Source: an uncultured Gammaproteobacteria bacterium
Lineage (GTDB): Bacteria > Patescibacteriota > Patescibacteriia > Magasanikbacterales > GWA2-37-8
DNA: 64,000 bases
NCBI GenBank assembly: GCA_964634875.1
Contig: CAZWKA010000004.1
Coordinates: 15,640 to 79,639 of the forward strand
Reading direction: 5' to 3'
Shown: positions 32,707-42,878 of the stretch, piece by piece
Numbering within the stretch: the first letter of the stretch is position 1
Layout: the number at the start of each line of letters is the position of its first letter
Position numbers and translations under genes: made by a program
Notes under the pieces: generated by a model
What the model was told of the DNA's origin: nothing
What the model saw: the letters and a program-made list of their open reading frames with translations, nothing else
Databases searched by the model: none

Positions 32707-34228
32707 AAAATTTTGGTATACTTTAGTTGGACTAGTGCTACTGTTATTTTGTAGTTTTTTTATAATACTTTTTTTAAGTATTAAACCTCAAAATCTAAAC
32801 GATCTTTTTTTTAACAATTGGACGTGTAATACTTTTGAGAATGACAAAAATGAGCTGGTTGAGTCAGTAAAGCCCGATAAAAAGTGGATTTTAATTGGGG
32901 ATGAATTTACAAAAGAAGAAAAACTAGTAATTTTAAAAGTGAAGCTTGCTGATAAAGCAACAAGATATTTTGATCGACCGGATTCTGTAAAAATTTTTTA
33001 TGAGCTGGTAAATACAGAAAATGAACAACTGACAGATAGTGTGGTGTCCGGTTATTTCGCTACGAGCTCGCTGATACATGTAGGCGAACTTTTGTTTGAG
33101 GAAAAAATAAATATAAGCAGTTTGCCTGTCGGCGAATACAGGGTCAATCTAAAAGCACAGTTTGACTGTGGTGAGTCATTGGCCTTTTTTGAAAATATTT
33201 TTATTTCCTATCCATTATACGTCGTATGGAGTTTTGATTGGGAGGGGTATGCTGTAAAAAATGAATATTTGGAAAAAATAGATGCACTTACTGAAAAACA
33301 TGATAATTTTCCTCTGAGCCACGTCATTAATCCAAGGTTATTTATTACCAAAACTATTCCGCAAGCACAGCGAGATCGTATGAAAGATTGGTTGGTAGAA
33401 AGAAAAAATAATAAAGATCATAGTTTGGGTTTGCATTTGCATATGTTTTATGAAAATCTTGAGGCTGCAAAGATACCTATTCCAAAAAAAGATATACTTG
33501 ATCTTGAGGCAGATTTTTATGCTTCGGTCACGACTTCACCTACGAGCTCGCCAGTAAGCTCATCGAGCACTACGACTTTATTTGATGCGAGTAAATTACA
33601 AAAGAAGCAACTGTATGATCTTGTATACTGGGGTACTAAGTATGATGACGGTTATGATATTTTGGTAACAAATTTTGGTTATCGTGAGCTAGATAAAATA
33701 GTAAAATGGTCAAAAAAACTTTTTACAGAGCTTGGTTTCGGAACACCAACCACATATCGATCCGGTGGTTGGTTTGCAGATTCAACTACCTTAGAGGTTT
33801 TACAAGACAATGGCTTTACTGTAGATACTTCTGGTAGGACAAAATATAATTTTGGTACAAATAAAATTCCTGGATTTTGGGATTTATCAATTACTTCACA
33901 GCCCTATCAGCCCAATGTGAAGGACCAAAATTCAGCTATGGCACCAAATATGAAGATATGGGAATTTCCAAATAATGGAGGTGATTCGTGGTGGTATACC
34001 GCAGAACAAATGATAGAGCGGTTTAATGCAAATTGGGGAGTAGTTGGTAAACCGCTTGAAAAAAGAACCGTTGTAGTTTTTTTAAGTCACCCAGACTGGT
34101 TTCATGTAGATGAGCCGAAAGTTGACAAGCTCTTTAATTATACCGATGCTTATTTGAATTCAAGAGACAATGGCCCAGTATCATATCAAAATTTAGAAAA
34201 ATTATATACAATATGGACTCAATTTTAA
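32666..34228 (+). CDS. Membrane-anchored polysaccharide deacetylase-like protein
   Basis: SFDWEG, GLHLH, YRSGGW and SHP motifs. Confidence 0.65.
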   Translation: MKKWLLFGREKKSRKFWYTLVGLVLLLFCSFFIILFLSIKPQNLNDLFFNNWTCNTFENDKNELVESVKPDKKWILIGDEFTKEEKLVILKVKLADKATRYFDRPDSVKIFYELVNTENEQLTDSVVSGYFATSSLIHVGELLFEEKINISSLPVGEYRVNLKAQFDCGESLAFFENIFISYPLYVVWSFDWEGYAVKNEYLEKIDALTEKHDNFPLSHVINPRLFITKTIPQAQRDRMKDWLVERKNNKDHSLGLHLHMFYENLEAAKIPIPKKDILDLEADFYASVTTSPTSSPVSSSSTTTLFDASKLQKKQLYDLVYWGTKYDDGYDILVTNFGYRELDKIVKWSKKLFTELGFGTPTTYRSGGWFADSTTLEVLQDNGFTVDTSGRTKYNFGTNKIPGFWDLSITSQPYQPNVKDQNSAMAPNMKIWEFPNNGGDSWWYTAEQMIERFNANWGVVGKPLEKRTVVVFLSHPDWFHVDEPKVDKLFNYTDAYLNSRDNGPVSYQNLEKLYTIWTQF

Positions 34229-36144
34229 GTTTTGGAATACTAAATTTTAACATATTAATTTCGATAATTTTTATTGCTATTGTAATTTTAGCTGTCTTTA
34301 ATTTTGCTATTTTTGTTCTTAAAAAAGAAAAATATTATCGCCTTTTGGTTATATTAAATACGGCTAGTATTGCTTTAATTTTATTTTTTTCTTTCGTTAC
34401 TTTATTTTCAAGGCCTTTTGCTCGGTTGGAAACGGTGACCGAAGGCGGAAATTTGATAGAGGCGCACCAACCGATTGAAATATCTTTTACGGTTCCTATT
34501 AACCCGGAGAATACATCTTTTCGGATGTCCCCTGAAGTCGATGGTGATTGGGTTTTCCAAAATGCCTCGCCATTTTCTTCTCGAAAATACAAAGATAGAG
34601 CAATTTTTATTCCCAAAGAATCTTTTTATCCTGAGACTAAAATTGTAGTATATATTGTGGGATTGAAACGATTGTTTCCTGGAGGTAAAAGACATGAGCA
34701 ATCTACTGAGTTTTTTTCTCCCAAACTACCTATTATTACAGAGGTATACCCTAAAAACGGTCAAGAAAATGTAAGCACAAAGGATCCATTTGAAATAACT
34801 TTTGACGCGCCGAGCGGAGAATTCATAAACTGGGTGTACGAGATCAACCCACCAGTTGATTTTACTGTCGACAAATCGGAAAATAAGCATAAACTAGTAT
34901 TTTCTAAACCTCTGCTACAAAATCATGAATATTCCTTATCAATCTCCAGATCTGGACGTTCGTATCGAGTTGAAGATTTTTCTGATCTTGAAAAGGGCGA
35001 TGTAGAATTAATGGATAAAGTTACTTTTAAGACTACCGCTTCGCCATTAGTTAAATTTTTCGATCAGCAAGGGAATGGTGTGCGAGCCGAAAGCCCTATC
35101 AAAATAGTTTTTTCTGAAGAAATGAACCAGACAAGTGTGGCAGAAAAGTTTACCCTTAGTCCAGCAACGACAGGTAAAATAAATTGGGAAGATGGAAAAA
35201 CTTTTATTTTTGTACCAGATGTTGAATTTAAAAAAGGTGTTGATTATACAATTAAATTTTTAAGTGGGATGGAAAATAAATATGGAGGCAACACCGACCA
35301 CGATATAGAGCTGCATTTCAGCCCGGTGGGAGTAGTTAAAATTTTATCAATATCCCCCAAAAATGCTTCTCAGGGGCAATCTGTCGATTTATCAAGAGTG
35401 GTAATTGAATTTGACCAAGAAGTAGATCATACTTCAGCGCAAAATTCTTTTTCTATATCTCCAAATATTCCAGGGTCTTTTTCTTGGGAAGGTAATAAAA
35501 TGATATTCTCTCTTAGTTCTAGTTTGGAAAATTCAACAAAATATAGTATAAAATTAAAAAAGGGTATCAAAACTGTTTATGGATTAGACTCGGCCGAAGA
35601 CTATAATTATTCATTTACTACAAAAAATAAGGTTTTTTCTTTGGACATACCTTTGTATGACCAAAGCGAAACTTTTACCTGCAATATTGCTGCGACCAGA
35701 ATGGTACTTGCTTACAAAGGAATCGCTCTTTCAGAAAATTCTATTAAAGTAACAATTGGTGAAGGTGTAGATCCGAATGTAAACTGGGTTGAGGGCTACG
35801 GCGTGCATTGGGGGCCAATATATAATTTTATAAGTAAATATCGCACTGTATCTTTAAAAAATAATTGGAATATTGAAGATCTTGTACAAGAAGTACAGCG
35901 AGGTAACCCCGTAATAATTTGGGGGCACAATCAGTTTAGTTCGACAGGCACATTTGAACTTGATTCAGGGGCTACTGGTTATCACGGAATGCATTCGGTA
36001 GTGGTAAAAGGTTTTGTTGGAAACGTAGAAAATCCAACTTCTATAATTGTAAATGACCCTTGGCTCGGATCAAGAACTATTAGTCTTTCAAGCTTTAAGA
36101 GCCTCTGGGCTTATATTGACAATACAGCTCTCGTAGTTTATTAA
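34213..36144 (+). CDS. Ig-like (Big_5/SbsA) repeat protein with a C-terminal C39-like cysteine peptidase
   Basis: Repeated P..G..V...I.F domains; Q....TC, HSVVVKG and NDP catalytic pattern. Confidence 0.75.
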   Translation: MDSILSFGILNFNILISIIFIAIVILAVFNFAIFVLKKEKYYRLLVILNTASIALILFFSFVTLFSRPFARLETVTEGGNLIEAHQPIEISFTVPINPENTSFRMSPEVDGDWVFQNASPFSSRKYKDRAIFIPKESFYPETKIVVYIVGLKRLFPGGKRHEQSTEFFSPKLPIITEVYPKNGQENVSTKDPFEITFDAPSGEFINWVYEINPPVDFTVDKSENKHKLVFSKPLLQNHEYSLSISRSGRSYRVEDFSDLEKGDVELMDKVTFKTTASPLVKFFDQQGNGVRAESPIKIVFSEEMNQTSVAEKFTLSPATTGKINWEDGKTFIFVPDVEFKKGVDYTIKFLSGMENKYGGNTDHDIELHFSPVGVVKILSISPKNASQGQSVDLSRVVIEFDQEVDHTSAQNSFSISPNIPGSFSWEGNKMIFSLSSSLENSTKYSIKLKKGIKTVYGLDSAEDYNYSFTTKNKVFSLDIPLYDQSETFTCNIAATRMVLAYKGIALSENSIKVTIGEGVDPNVNWVEGYGVHWGPIYNFISKYRTVSLKNNWNIEDLVQEVQRGNPVIIWGHNQFSSTGTFELDSGATGYHGMHSVVVKGFVGNVENPTSIIVNDPWLGSRTISLSSFKSLWAYIDNTALVVY

Positions 36145-36324
36145 AGTAAATAATTAACTTTTAATCTTGAGTTGGATTACTTTACAAAACAAGTCCTAAT
36201 TTCACCTACTAGCCGGAACCGGGAAAAAAGTAACTTAATAAGCAGTATTTTATATACTCTATAGGGGATTTGAACCTTGTGGTAATCTTTGCTGCTGATT
36301 TCACCTTAAATTAGCTAAGTTAAT

Positions 36325-36918
36325 ATGATAAAAGAGCGTAAAGTATGGACCATTTTAGCAGTGGTTGCGGGAACCACTTTATTGTTTACAGGAATTCTCA
36401 TTGGAAAATCATTTTCAAAAGCAGTACCGGTAACAACCTTTCAACAAAATAGTATCGGTACAAGCTCTACCCCCTCTGCCAACATTCAAAAAAATAGTAT
36501 TTTCGATCTTGCAAATGAGTACAAACCGTACTCGATCGGAGAAAGTCGAGAATTAAAAAGCGTCGACACAGCTAATACTGATTTAAACATTCAACTTGGT
36601 GTCATGCATGATACGGCAAATATTTTTGATGAAAAAAATAAAATTACATACCGATTATTTAGAACAGGATACGATGACACCCCACCAACCTACTACGCTG
36701 GCAGAATCATCGTGGAGGTGGCTGTTGCGTCAGGGGGGCCTATACAGTGGCTGTATTTTGTGACCGAGATAGCAGATATGAATAGCTTGGGCAAACTTCA
36801 AATCCAAGGCGACGATCTTATTGCAACATGCGACCAAAATAACAATTCGACAACCTGCAGCTACTCAATTACTTATCAAAGTAAAAGCTCAAAATTACTA
36901 GTAAAAAAGTTAAAATAA
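36325..36918 (+). CDS. Hypothetical membrane-anchored protein
   Basis: 197-aa ORF with an N-terminal TM helix. Confidence 0.6.
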   Translation: MIKERKVWTILAVVAGTTLLFTGILIGKSFSKAVPVTTFQQNSIGTSSTPSANIQKNSIFDLANEYKPYSIGESRELKSVDTANTDLNIQLGVMHDTANIFDEKNKITYRLFRTGYDDTPPTYYAGRIIVEVAVASGGPIQWLYFVTEIADMNSLGKLQIQGDDLIATCDQNNNSTTCSYSITYQSKSSKLLVKKLK

Positions 36919-37044
36919 ACACACTACACCTGTTTTTCTAAACCATTCACCCTGTTCCATACGAGCGCAGATCAAGTTTACGTTTGTTACCCATTAGTAT
37001 CGTACTTTACATATTTTAAAAAAACAGATACCATGTTTGCAGCC

Positions 37045-37153
37045 TTGGATAGTGCTGAGTAACAAACGATAGGTCTTAATCATACACCCCTTGATTAAGC
37101 GTTTGAAACGATGATGTGCTATCAATTAAAACCGGCATTTGCTCGGTTTTTTT
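37045..37153 (+). promoter_or_regulatory. Candidate structured 5' leader (k-turn stem plus terminator) of a P-type ATPase
   Basis: Nested stems, CTGA/ATGATG k-turn pattern, hairpin plus T-tract before ATG 37170, and TTTACA-17-TACCAT upstream. Confidence 0.5.
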
Positions 37154-37169
37154 ATTTAACACTAAAACC

Positions 37170-39800
37170 ATGTCCTATCATACAAAAACAATCGAGGAGT
37201 TGGTGAATTCTTTTCACACTTCAAAAAATAACGGACTTTCTTCCGAAGAAGTTATAACTCGCCGGGAACATGATGGATTAAACGAGCTTCCACCCGCCCA
37301 AAAGGATAGTCTATTGCAAAAAATTTGGCACCAATTTCGGGATGCCCTGGTGCTCATCTTAATTACGGCCGCAATCATTTCATTTGTCCTCGGCGACTAT
37401 AAAGACGGCATTGTTATCAGCATCATTGTTATTGCCAACGCCATTATCGGGCTGTTACAGCAAGCCAAAGCTGAAAACGCCATTGCTGCGCTACAAAAAA
37501 TGTCAGAATCGACTGCTAAAGTCATTCGTGACGGGGACAGACAGACCATTCCCACACGTGAAGTTGTGCCGGGAGATATCGTTGTCATTGAAGCGGGCGA
37601 TAAAATTCCTGCTGACGGACGAGTAATCGAATCTGCTCACCTAAGAGTTACTGAGGCTGCTTTAACCGGAGAATCTAAGTCGATTGAAAAACATACCAAC
37701 CCCGTGCCACAAGAAAATGTTCCTCTCGGCGACCGAACCAACATGGTGTATAAAGATGCCGTGGCCACATATGGACGCGGCAAAGTCATCGTCACCGCCA
37801 TTGGAATTAAAACCGAAATTGGTAAAATTTCCCAATTACTACAACAACAGAAAAAAAGTCTTACCCCTTTAGAGAAGGAACTAAACCAGGTGGGAAAAGT
37901 GCTTACCAAAATAGCGCTAATCTCAGCATTTGCCATTTTTCTATCTCTGATTTTTTTTACTACTATTCACATTAAAGATGTATTTTTTACAGCCATGTCG
38001 GTTGCCATTGCTGTAATACCAGAAGGAATTCCAACAGTCGTTATTACCGTACTTGCTATCGCTGTCACCAAATTAGCCAAGCAAAACGCCATCATACGAA
38101 GATTATCAGCGGTTGAAACGCTCGGGAGCACCACACACATCCTTACCGATAAAACAGGTACACTGACAAAAAATGAGATGACCGCCATCGAAGTAGTGGT
38201 TCAAAATAAAAATTTTTCTATTCAAGAAAATGGGCAGTGGGTCGTAAATAAAAACACCGTACAACCTCTACAAGACAAAGACATAGTATGGCTCTTAACC
38301 TGCGCCGTTCTTTGTAATGACGCGCATCTCACGAAAGAAGGAGGGCTAATGGGTGACCCAACAGAAACGAGCCTGATTCAACTGGCACTACACGCCGGCA
38401 TGAACATACGCACCGTCTCCAGTCAATATGAACGCGTAGACGAAATTCCTTTTTCTTCAGAAACCAAACGAATGATTGTGGTAGTAAAAGATAGTGAGGA
38501 AAATTATTTTTCCATTTCCAAAGGCGCTGTTGAAGTTATCTATGATCATGCTCAGCAAAAAGATGCCACAACCCTGAACCAGGCCTCTACCCTGTCTCAA
38601 AAAGGCATTCGAACACTGGCTTTTTCGTATAAGGCGCTGCCTAAAAATTGGAAAAAGGACGAGACCTTCGAAGATCAGCTTACCGATCAACACACGCTGA
38701 TTGGTTTAATCGGACTTAAAGATCCCCTACGCCCTGGAGTTAAACGTGCGGTTGAGCAGGCTGCCACAGCAGGCATACAAACAATCATGATTACCGGCGA
38801 TCACAAATTGATTGCAGCAAATATTGGTAAGGAACTGGGTATTATACAGAATGATACCGAGGTTATGGACGGAACTGTTTTGGGTGAGGCTACTGTCGCC
38901 AATATCCAAACAATGCTCGCCCAAACGCGTGTGTTCTCTCGTGTTTCGCCTGAACAAAAACTACACATCGTACAAGCAGTGCAGGCAAACGGACATATCG
39001 TAGCAGTCACCGGCGACGGGGTAAATGATGCTCCGGCCATCAAAACCGCCGATATCGGTGTCGCCATGGGTATTTCAGGAACTGATGTGACGAAGGAAGT
39101 GGCGGATGTGGTTTTGCGCGATGACAATTACTCCACTATCGTCGATGCTGTGCATGAGGGGCGCATTATATTTGGTAATTTCATAAAATTCTTGCGTTAT
39201 CAAATTTCCTGCAACCTTTCTGGAGTCTGTATTATTTTTTTTCCAACACTTTTTGGACTTGCCTCACCGCTCTTACCTATTCATATCTTACTATTAAATC
39301 TGGTTTCAGAAACCGGTCCGTCCATTGCCCTTGGTTTAGAAAAGGGAGAGAAAGATGTGATGTCCAAACCACCCCGCAAAAGAGCGGAAAGATTACTCAC
39401 CCCTATACGCTGGAAAGAAATTATAGGTGAAGCAGTCCTTTTAGCCATCGCCTCACTTGGGGTTTTGTTTGTGGGCTTACAGTGGGCACCAGAGGCCACA
39501 ACCACCATGACTCTGACCACAGCTTTTTTTTCTCGCTTATGGCACGCATTTAACAGCCGCTCAGAAACCCACTCTATTTTTTCGGGGTCCGTGTACCGCA
39601 ACCAATCGCTGAATGTGATTGTCGGCATTACGCTGGTAATATTCTTATTTGCTGTCTATACCTCCTTGGGTAATACATACGTAAGCACCACCCCGTTATC
39701 AATGTCACTTCTTGGCGTCTGCGTAGCTTTTTCGCTTATTCCAGTCATCGGAGTAGAAGCCTACAAATTATTCAAAAAAAATCGGCAGCAATCCAAATAA
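37170..39800 (+). CDS. P-type II cation-transporting ATPase with non-canonical ion-binding residues
   Basis: LTGES, IPEGI, DKTGTLT, GDGVND; TM5 SCNLSG and TM6 NLVSETG; start placed at ATG 37170. Confidence 0.92.
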   Translation: MSYHTKTIEELVNSFHTSKNNGLSSEEVITRREHDGLNELPPAQKDSLLQKIWHQFRDALVLILITAAIISFVLGDYKDGIVISIIVIANAIIGLLQQAKAENAIAALQKMSESTAKVIRDGDRQTIPTREVVPGDIVVIEAGDKIPADGRVIESAHLRVTEAALTGESKSIEKHTNPVPQENVPLGDRTNMVYKDAVATYGRGKVIVTAIGIKTEIGKISQLLQQQKKSLTPLEKELNQVGKVLTKIALISAFAIFLSLIFFTTIHIKDVFFTAMSVAIAVIPEGIPTVVITVLAIAVTKLAKQNAIIRRLSAVETLGSTTHILTDKTGTLTKNEMTAIEVVVQNKNFSIQENGQWVVNKNTVQPLQDKDIVWLLTCAVLCNDAHLTKEGGLMGDPTETSLIQLALHAGMNIRTVSSQYERVDEIPFSSETKRMIVVVKDSEENYFSISKGAVEVIYDHAQQKDATTLNQASTLSQKGIRTLAFSYKALPKNWKKDETFEDQLTDQHTLIGLIGLKDPLRPGVKRAVEQAATAGIQTIMITGDHKLIAANIGKELGIIQNDTEVMDGTVLGEATVANIQTMLAQTRVFSRVSPEQKLHIVQAVQANGHIVAVTGDGVNDAPAIKTADIGVAMGISGTDVTKEVADVVLRDDNYSTIVDAVHEGRIIFGNFIKFLRYQISCNLSGVCIIFFPTLFGLASPLLPIHILLLNLVSETGPSIALGLEKGEKDVMSKPPRKRAERLLTPIRWKEIIGEAVLLAIASLGVLFVGLQWAPEATTTMTLTTAFFSRLWHAFNSRSETHSIFSGSVYRNQSLNVIVGITLVIFLFAVYTSLGNTYVSTTPLSMSLLGVCVAFSLIPVIGVEAYKLFKKNRQQSK

Positions 39801-39885
39801 GTTAGCCCTTTTACTTGTTAATCCGACCGACTTCCCGTCCGGTCGGATTTTGCTTTTGTTTACCCAAAAGTAACGAGAAGATTTA

Positions 39886-40314
39886 TTACTTCGTCAACGC
39901 TTCCCATAACAATCCCCAAAATGATTTTTTCTTCACTTCTGCCTGTTTAGAAACCTCAGCCTTCTGAACCTCTTTATTTTCAACTTTTACGGATTCTTTC
40001 GAAGGAGCCGAGTCTACCTTGGGAGGAACGACTTTGGCTGCCGGAGGCTCCCCTACTGCTTTTGACTGTTTATATTCCGGAGCAGGGGTAGTTACTCCCC
40101 CATTCTCATTATAATGGCTTTTAACGGGTTCTTTTGGTTGCGGAAGAGCTTTAGCGTTATGACAGTGGTACTCCCCAGTAGAAAGACCCCATTTGGCACA
40201 GTTAGTCCGGCAGGTATGACAGCCATAAGCGTCAGTTCGACCAGGGTGAGCTAGAACCGGTGTCAAGAAGGCAGAGCTACAAAAAAAGGTTAATAAAAAG
40301 ACTTTAAACCGCAT
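39886..40314 (-). CDS. Secreted YHYH-domain-like protein
   Basis: AHPGRTDAYGCHTCRTNCAKWGLSTGEYHCH; start placed at ATG 40314. Confidence 0.75.
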   Translation of the reverse strand: MRFKVFLLTFFCSSAFLTPVLAHPGRTDAYGCHTCRTNCAKWGLSTGEYHCHNAKALPQPKEPVKSHYNENGGVTTPAPEYKQSKAVGEPPAAKVVPPKVDSAPSKESVKVENKEVQKAEVSKQAEVKKKSFWGLLWEALTK

Positions 40315-40470
40315 ATTTAACTCGAGATTAACGAATACTACCTTTAAACTAGCCAATCTTACCTTATATAAAACTAAATAACCATGCACGTCAACAGTAA
40401 TCTTTTAGCAACCCTAGAAACGGTTTGAATCTCATGGTATTGTTAAAAACAATTAGATTAAATACATAGT

Positions 40471-40824
40471 ATGACAAAACACCGGATCTATACCATGAGC
40501 TTCTCCAGCGTCTACCCGCTGTATGTCGCCAAAGCCGAGAAAAAGGGGCGCACAAAAATAGAGGTCGATGAAATTATCTGCTGGCTAACAGGGTACAGCC
40601 AAAAAAAGCTAGAAGTAGAACTGAAAAAACAGACTGACTTTGAGACGTTCTTTGCGAAAGCTCCCCACATGAACCCGTTACGGCGTTTGGTTAAAGGTGT
40701 GGTGTGCGGTGTCCGAGTAGAAGACATTGAGGAACCAACCATGCGGGAAATCCGCTACCTCGATAAATTAATAGATGAGCTCGCCAAAGGGAAAGCAATG
40801 GAGAAGATTTTACGAAAGGAATAA
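40471..40824 (+). CDS. DUF2200 family protein
   Basis: [20 protein letters not shown] and [15 protein letters not shown]. Confidence 0.88.
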   Translation: MTKHRIYTMSFSSVYPLYVAKAEKKGRTKIEVDEIICWLTGYSQKKLEVELKKQTDFETFFAKAPHMNPLRRLVKGVVCGVRVEDIEEPTMREIRYLDKLIDELAKGKAMEKILRKE

Positions 40825-40862
40825 AATGTCACTAGTATTTTAAGTAGCCTAACATACCACAT

Positions 40863-41243
40863 ATGAAACGAGTTACAGGTATCGGTGGAATTTTCTTTAA
40901 AGCCAAGGATGCTCCGGTAATGCACGCCTGGTATAAGAAACATCTCGGGATCGACGTCCAAGACTGGGGAGGTACGGCTTTCCGATGGACAGATGAAGCC
41001 GGACAACCGACAGGAGGCACGACCATCTGGTCAGTTGGTGATAGCAGCAACTTTGAACCAAGCACCGCATCATTTATGGTGAACTATCGAGTTGCAGATC
41101 TACGAGGCTTGCTCGCAGCGCTTCGAGCAGAGGGGTGTCAGGTGCTCGATAAGACAGATGAGTCTGAGTTCGGTAAGTTTGGCTGGGTCATTGATCCCGA
41201 AGGCAACAAGATTGAGCTCTGGGAACCACCGTCCGGGCAATAG
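40863..41243 (+). CDS. VOC/glyoxalase family protein
   Basis: RVTGIGGIFFK and DPEGNKIELWEP. Confidence 0.9.
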   Translation: MKRVTGIGGIFFKAKDAPVMHAWYKKHLGIDVQDWGGTAFRWTDEAGQPTGGTTIWSVGDSSNFEPSTASFMVNYRVADLRGLLAALRAEGCQVLDKTDESEFGKFGWVIDPEGNKIELWEPPSGQ

Positions 41244-41266
41244 CAAAATTAACTACAGACTATTTT

Positions 41267-42016
41267 ATGGAAAGACGAGATGTATTAAAAATTATCGCCT
41301 CGGGGTTGTTATCATCAGCAACAGAAGCTTGCACCCCAACTTCGAGCGGAATAAAACCTGATAGAATATTAGAGCCAAAAAAAGGTGGTGCTCAACAAAA
41401 GAATACTCGCGAACATGAATTAAAACGAGAAATACCAGCAGACATCGCTGTAGCAATTAAAAAACTAGAAGCTCGCTTTGGGTTAAAAAAAGACGAATAC
41501 GCCATAATAATCGACCCTGCTTCCCAGCGATTATTCTTGATAAAAAATGGTGAAACACTTAAAGAGTATTCTGTATCAACTGGGAAAAAAGGTATAGGGA
41601 ATACTGTCGGTAGCCAAAAGACTCCATTTGGAACCCATCGTATAAAAGAAAAAATAGGTCTGGGACAAAAAATTGGTACGATTTTGGTTGGGGAAGGCGA
41701 TAAAAACGGCACCATTGCACCCATCATCGCCGATACTATCGACACCCCCTTTGACTACGTCACCACACGACTTATGCGCCTTGACGGGCAAGAACCGCGT
41801 ATTAACAAAGGGGGTGAAACCGACTCTCACCAACGAGATATTTACATTCATGGCACCCCTGAAGAAGGACTCCTAGGAAGGCCGGCTTCACATGGCTGCA
41901 TTCGGATGAAGAACACCGACATTGTGAAGCTTTTTGATGTATTACCACCACGAACTTTGGTTGAAATTTTAAACAAAGAATTTATTAACGATCATCGTAT
42001 AGCTTCAGGAAAGTAA
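41267..42016 (+). CDS. L,D-transpeptidase (YkuD family)
   Basis: VSTG..TPFG and IYIHGT..SHGCIRM. Confidence 0.9.
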   Translation: MERRDVLKIIASGLLSSATEACTPTSSGIKPDRILEPKKGGAQQKNTREHELKREIPADIAVAIKKLEARFGLKKDEYAIIIDPASQRLFLIKNGETLKEYSVSTGKKGIGNTVGSQKTPFGTHRIKEKIGLGQKIGTILVGEGDKNGTIAPIIADTIDTPFDYVTTRLMRLDGQEPRINKGGETDSHQRDIYIHGTPEEGLLGRPASHGCIRMKNTDIVKLFDVLPPRTLVEILNKEFINDHRIASGK

Positions 42017-42038
42017 GCAGTACTTCTAATGTAATTTC

Positions 42039-42878
42039 TCAATGCAAAATCGCTAGACTAAACAATGCAAAACCAACCGCGGCATTATACGCCGGAAAAT
42101 ACCAATACACTCGCTGTAGTAGCGCTGGTCGACCAACAAGAAAAAGTGGTACCAACGGGTACGCCAAACAAATGGCGCCCAACCAATAAACGTGCAAAAT
42201 TGCCACAAAAATCACCAGGCTAGTTAACCAGAGCAGCGAACAAATATATAGCGATGCCTTTTGTCCAAAAAAAATTGCGCTCGTGGTGAGCCCGGCCTTT
42301 TGGTCGCTTGCAATATCCGGAATTGCAGAAAAAAGATGCATAGCACTCGTCCAAAAAAATACCGCAATTACTATTGGCCAGGATGGCAAATGACCGCTCG
42401 TTTGAAGATAACCAATAATACCCGGTAAGCCGTACAAAATATTGGACGCAAAATCGAGCACGGGCCGAGCCTTGAATCGAAGGGGTGGTGCGCTGTAAAA
42501 ATACGATAGCACTAAAAAAATACCGAACAACGAGGCGAGCATTGCTGAATGACTGAGGGTTAAAATAACAATGCACAACCCAGCAATAACGCACAGGCTT
42601 AGCCGTAGTTTTTTGCGCTCAGTCGTTTGCAACAAGTTCTCTTCATTCCCTTTTTTAGTGTTAAATTGGTCCGTATCGGCATCATAATAGTCATTGATAC
42701 CATACAAAAAAATATTTGCCGGGACTAAAAAGAAAAAAAGATATACCCAAAAATATAACTCTGTAAACGCTTGCACATTTGGTGCGCCCGCAGCAAAGCC
42801 CACGACATACGTGCCACCCAGATACAACCAGAAACGGGGGCGTGATGTTCGATACAGAAAAATTAAAAACTCTTTCAT
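42039..42878 (-). CDS. UbiA-family prenyltransferase, lycopene elongase (LyeJ/CrtEb-like)
   Basis: SRPRFWLY, PANIFLYGINDYYDADTD, YSAPPLRFKARP, HLFSAIPDI; last gene of the crt operon. Confidence 0.8.
   Translation of the reverse strand: MKEFLIFLYRTSRPRFWLYLGGTYVVGFAAGAPNVQAFTELYFWVYLFFFLVPANIFLYGINDYYDADTDQFNTKKGNEENLLQTTERKKLRLSLCVIAGLCIVILTLSHSAMLASLFGIFLVLSYFYSAPPLRFKARPVLDFASNILYGLPGIIGYLQTSGHLPSWPIVIAVFFWTSAMHLFSAIPDIASDQKAGLTTSAIFFGQKASLYICSLLWLTSLVIFVAILHVYWLGAICLAYPLVPLFLVGRPALLQRVYWYFPAYNAAVGFALFSLAILH

Larger units (their letters stand above)
30353..36200. mobile_element. AT-rich genomic island at the 3' end of tRNA-Asn (right boundary uncertain)
   Basis: Visibly more AT-rich than the flanks, contains a recombinase remnant and envelope cargo genes. 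Confidence 0.55.

Noticed and set aside
36260-36280. GGGATTTGAACC, reverse complement of a tRNA T-loop motif, as a possible island end
   Set aside because: No cloverleaf, and it does not match the tRNA-Asn sequence or orientation.
37050-37145. Hammerhead, c-di-GMP-II, TPP or yybP-ykoY identity for the ATPase leader
   Set aside because: Only fragments match (CTGAG, GAAAC..TGATG); the required core nucleotides or their order are missing.
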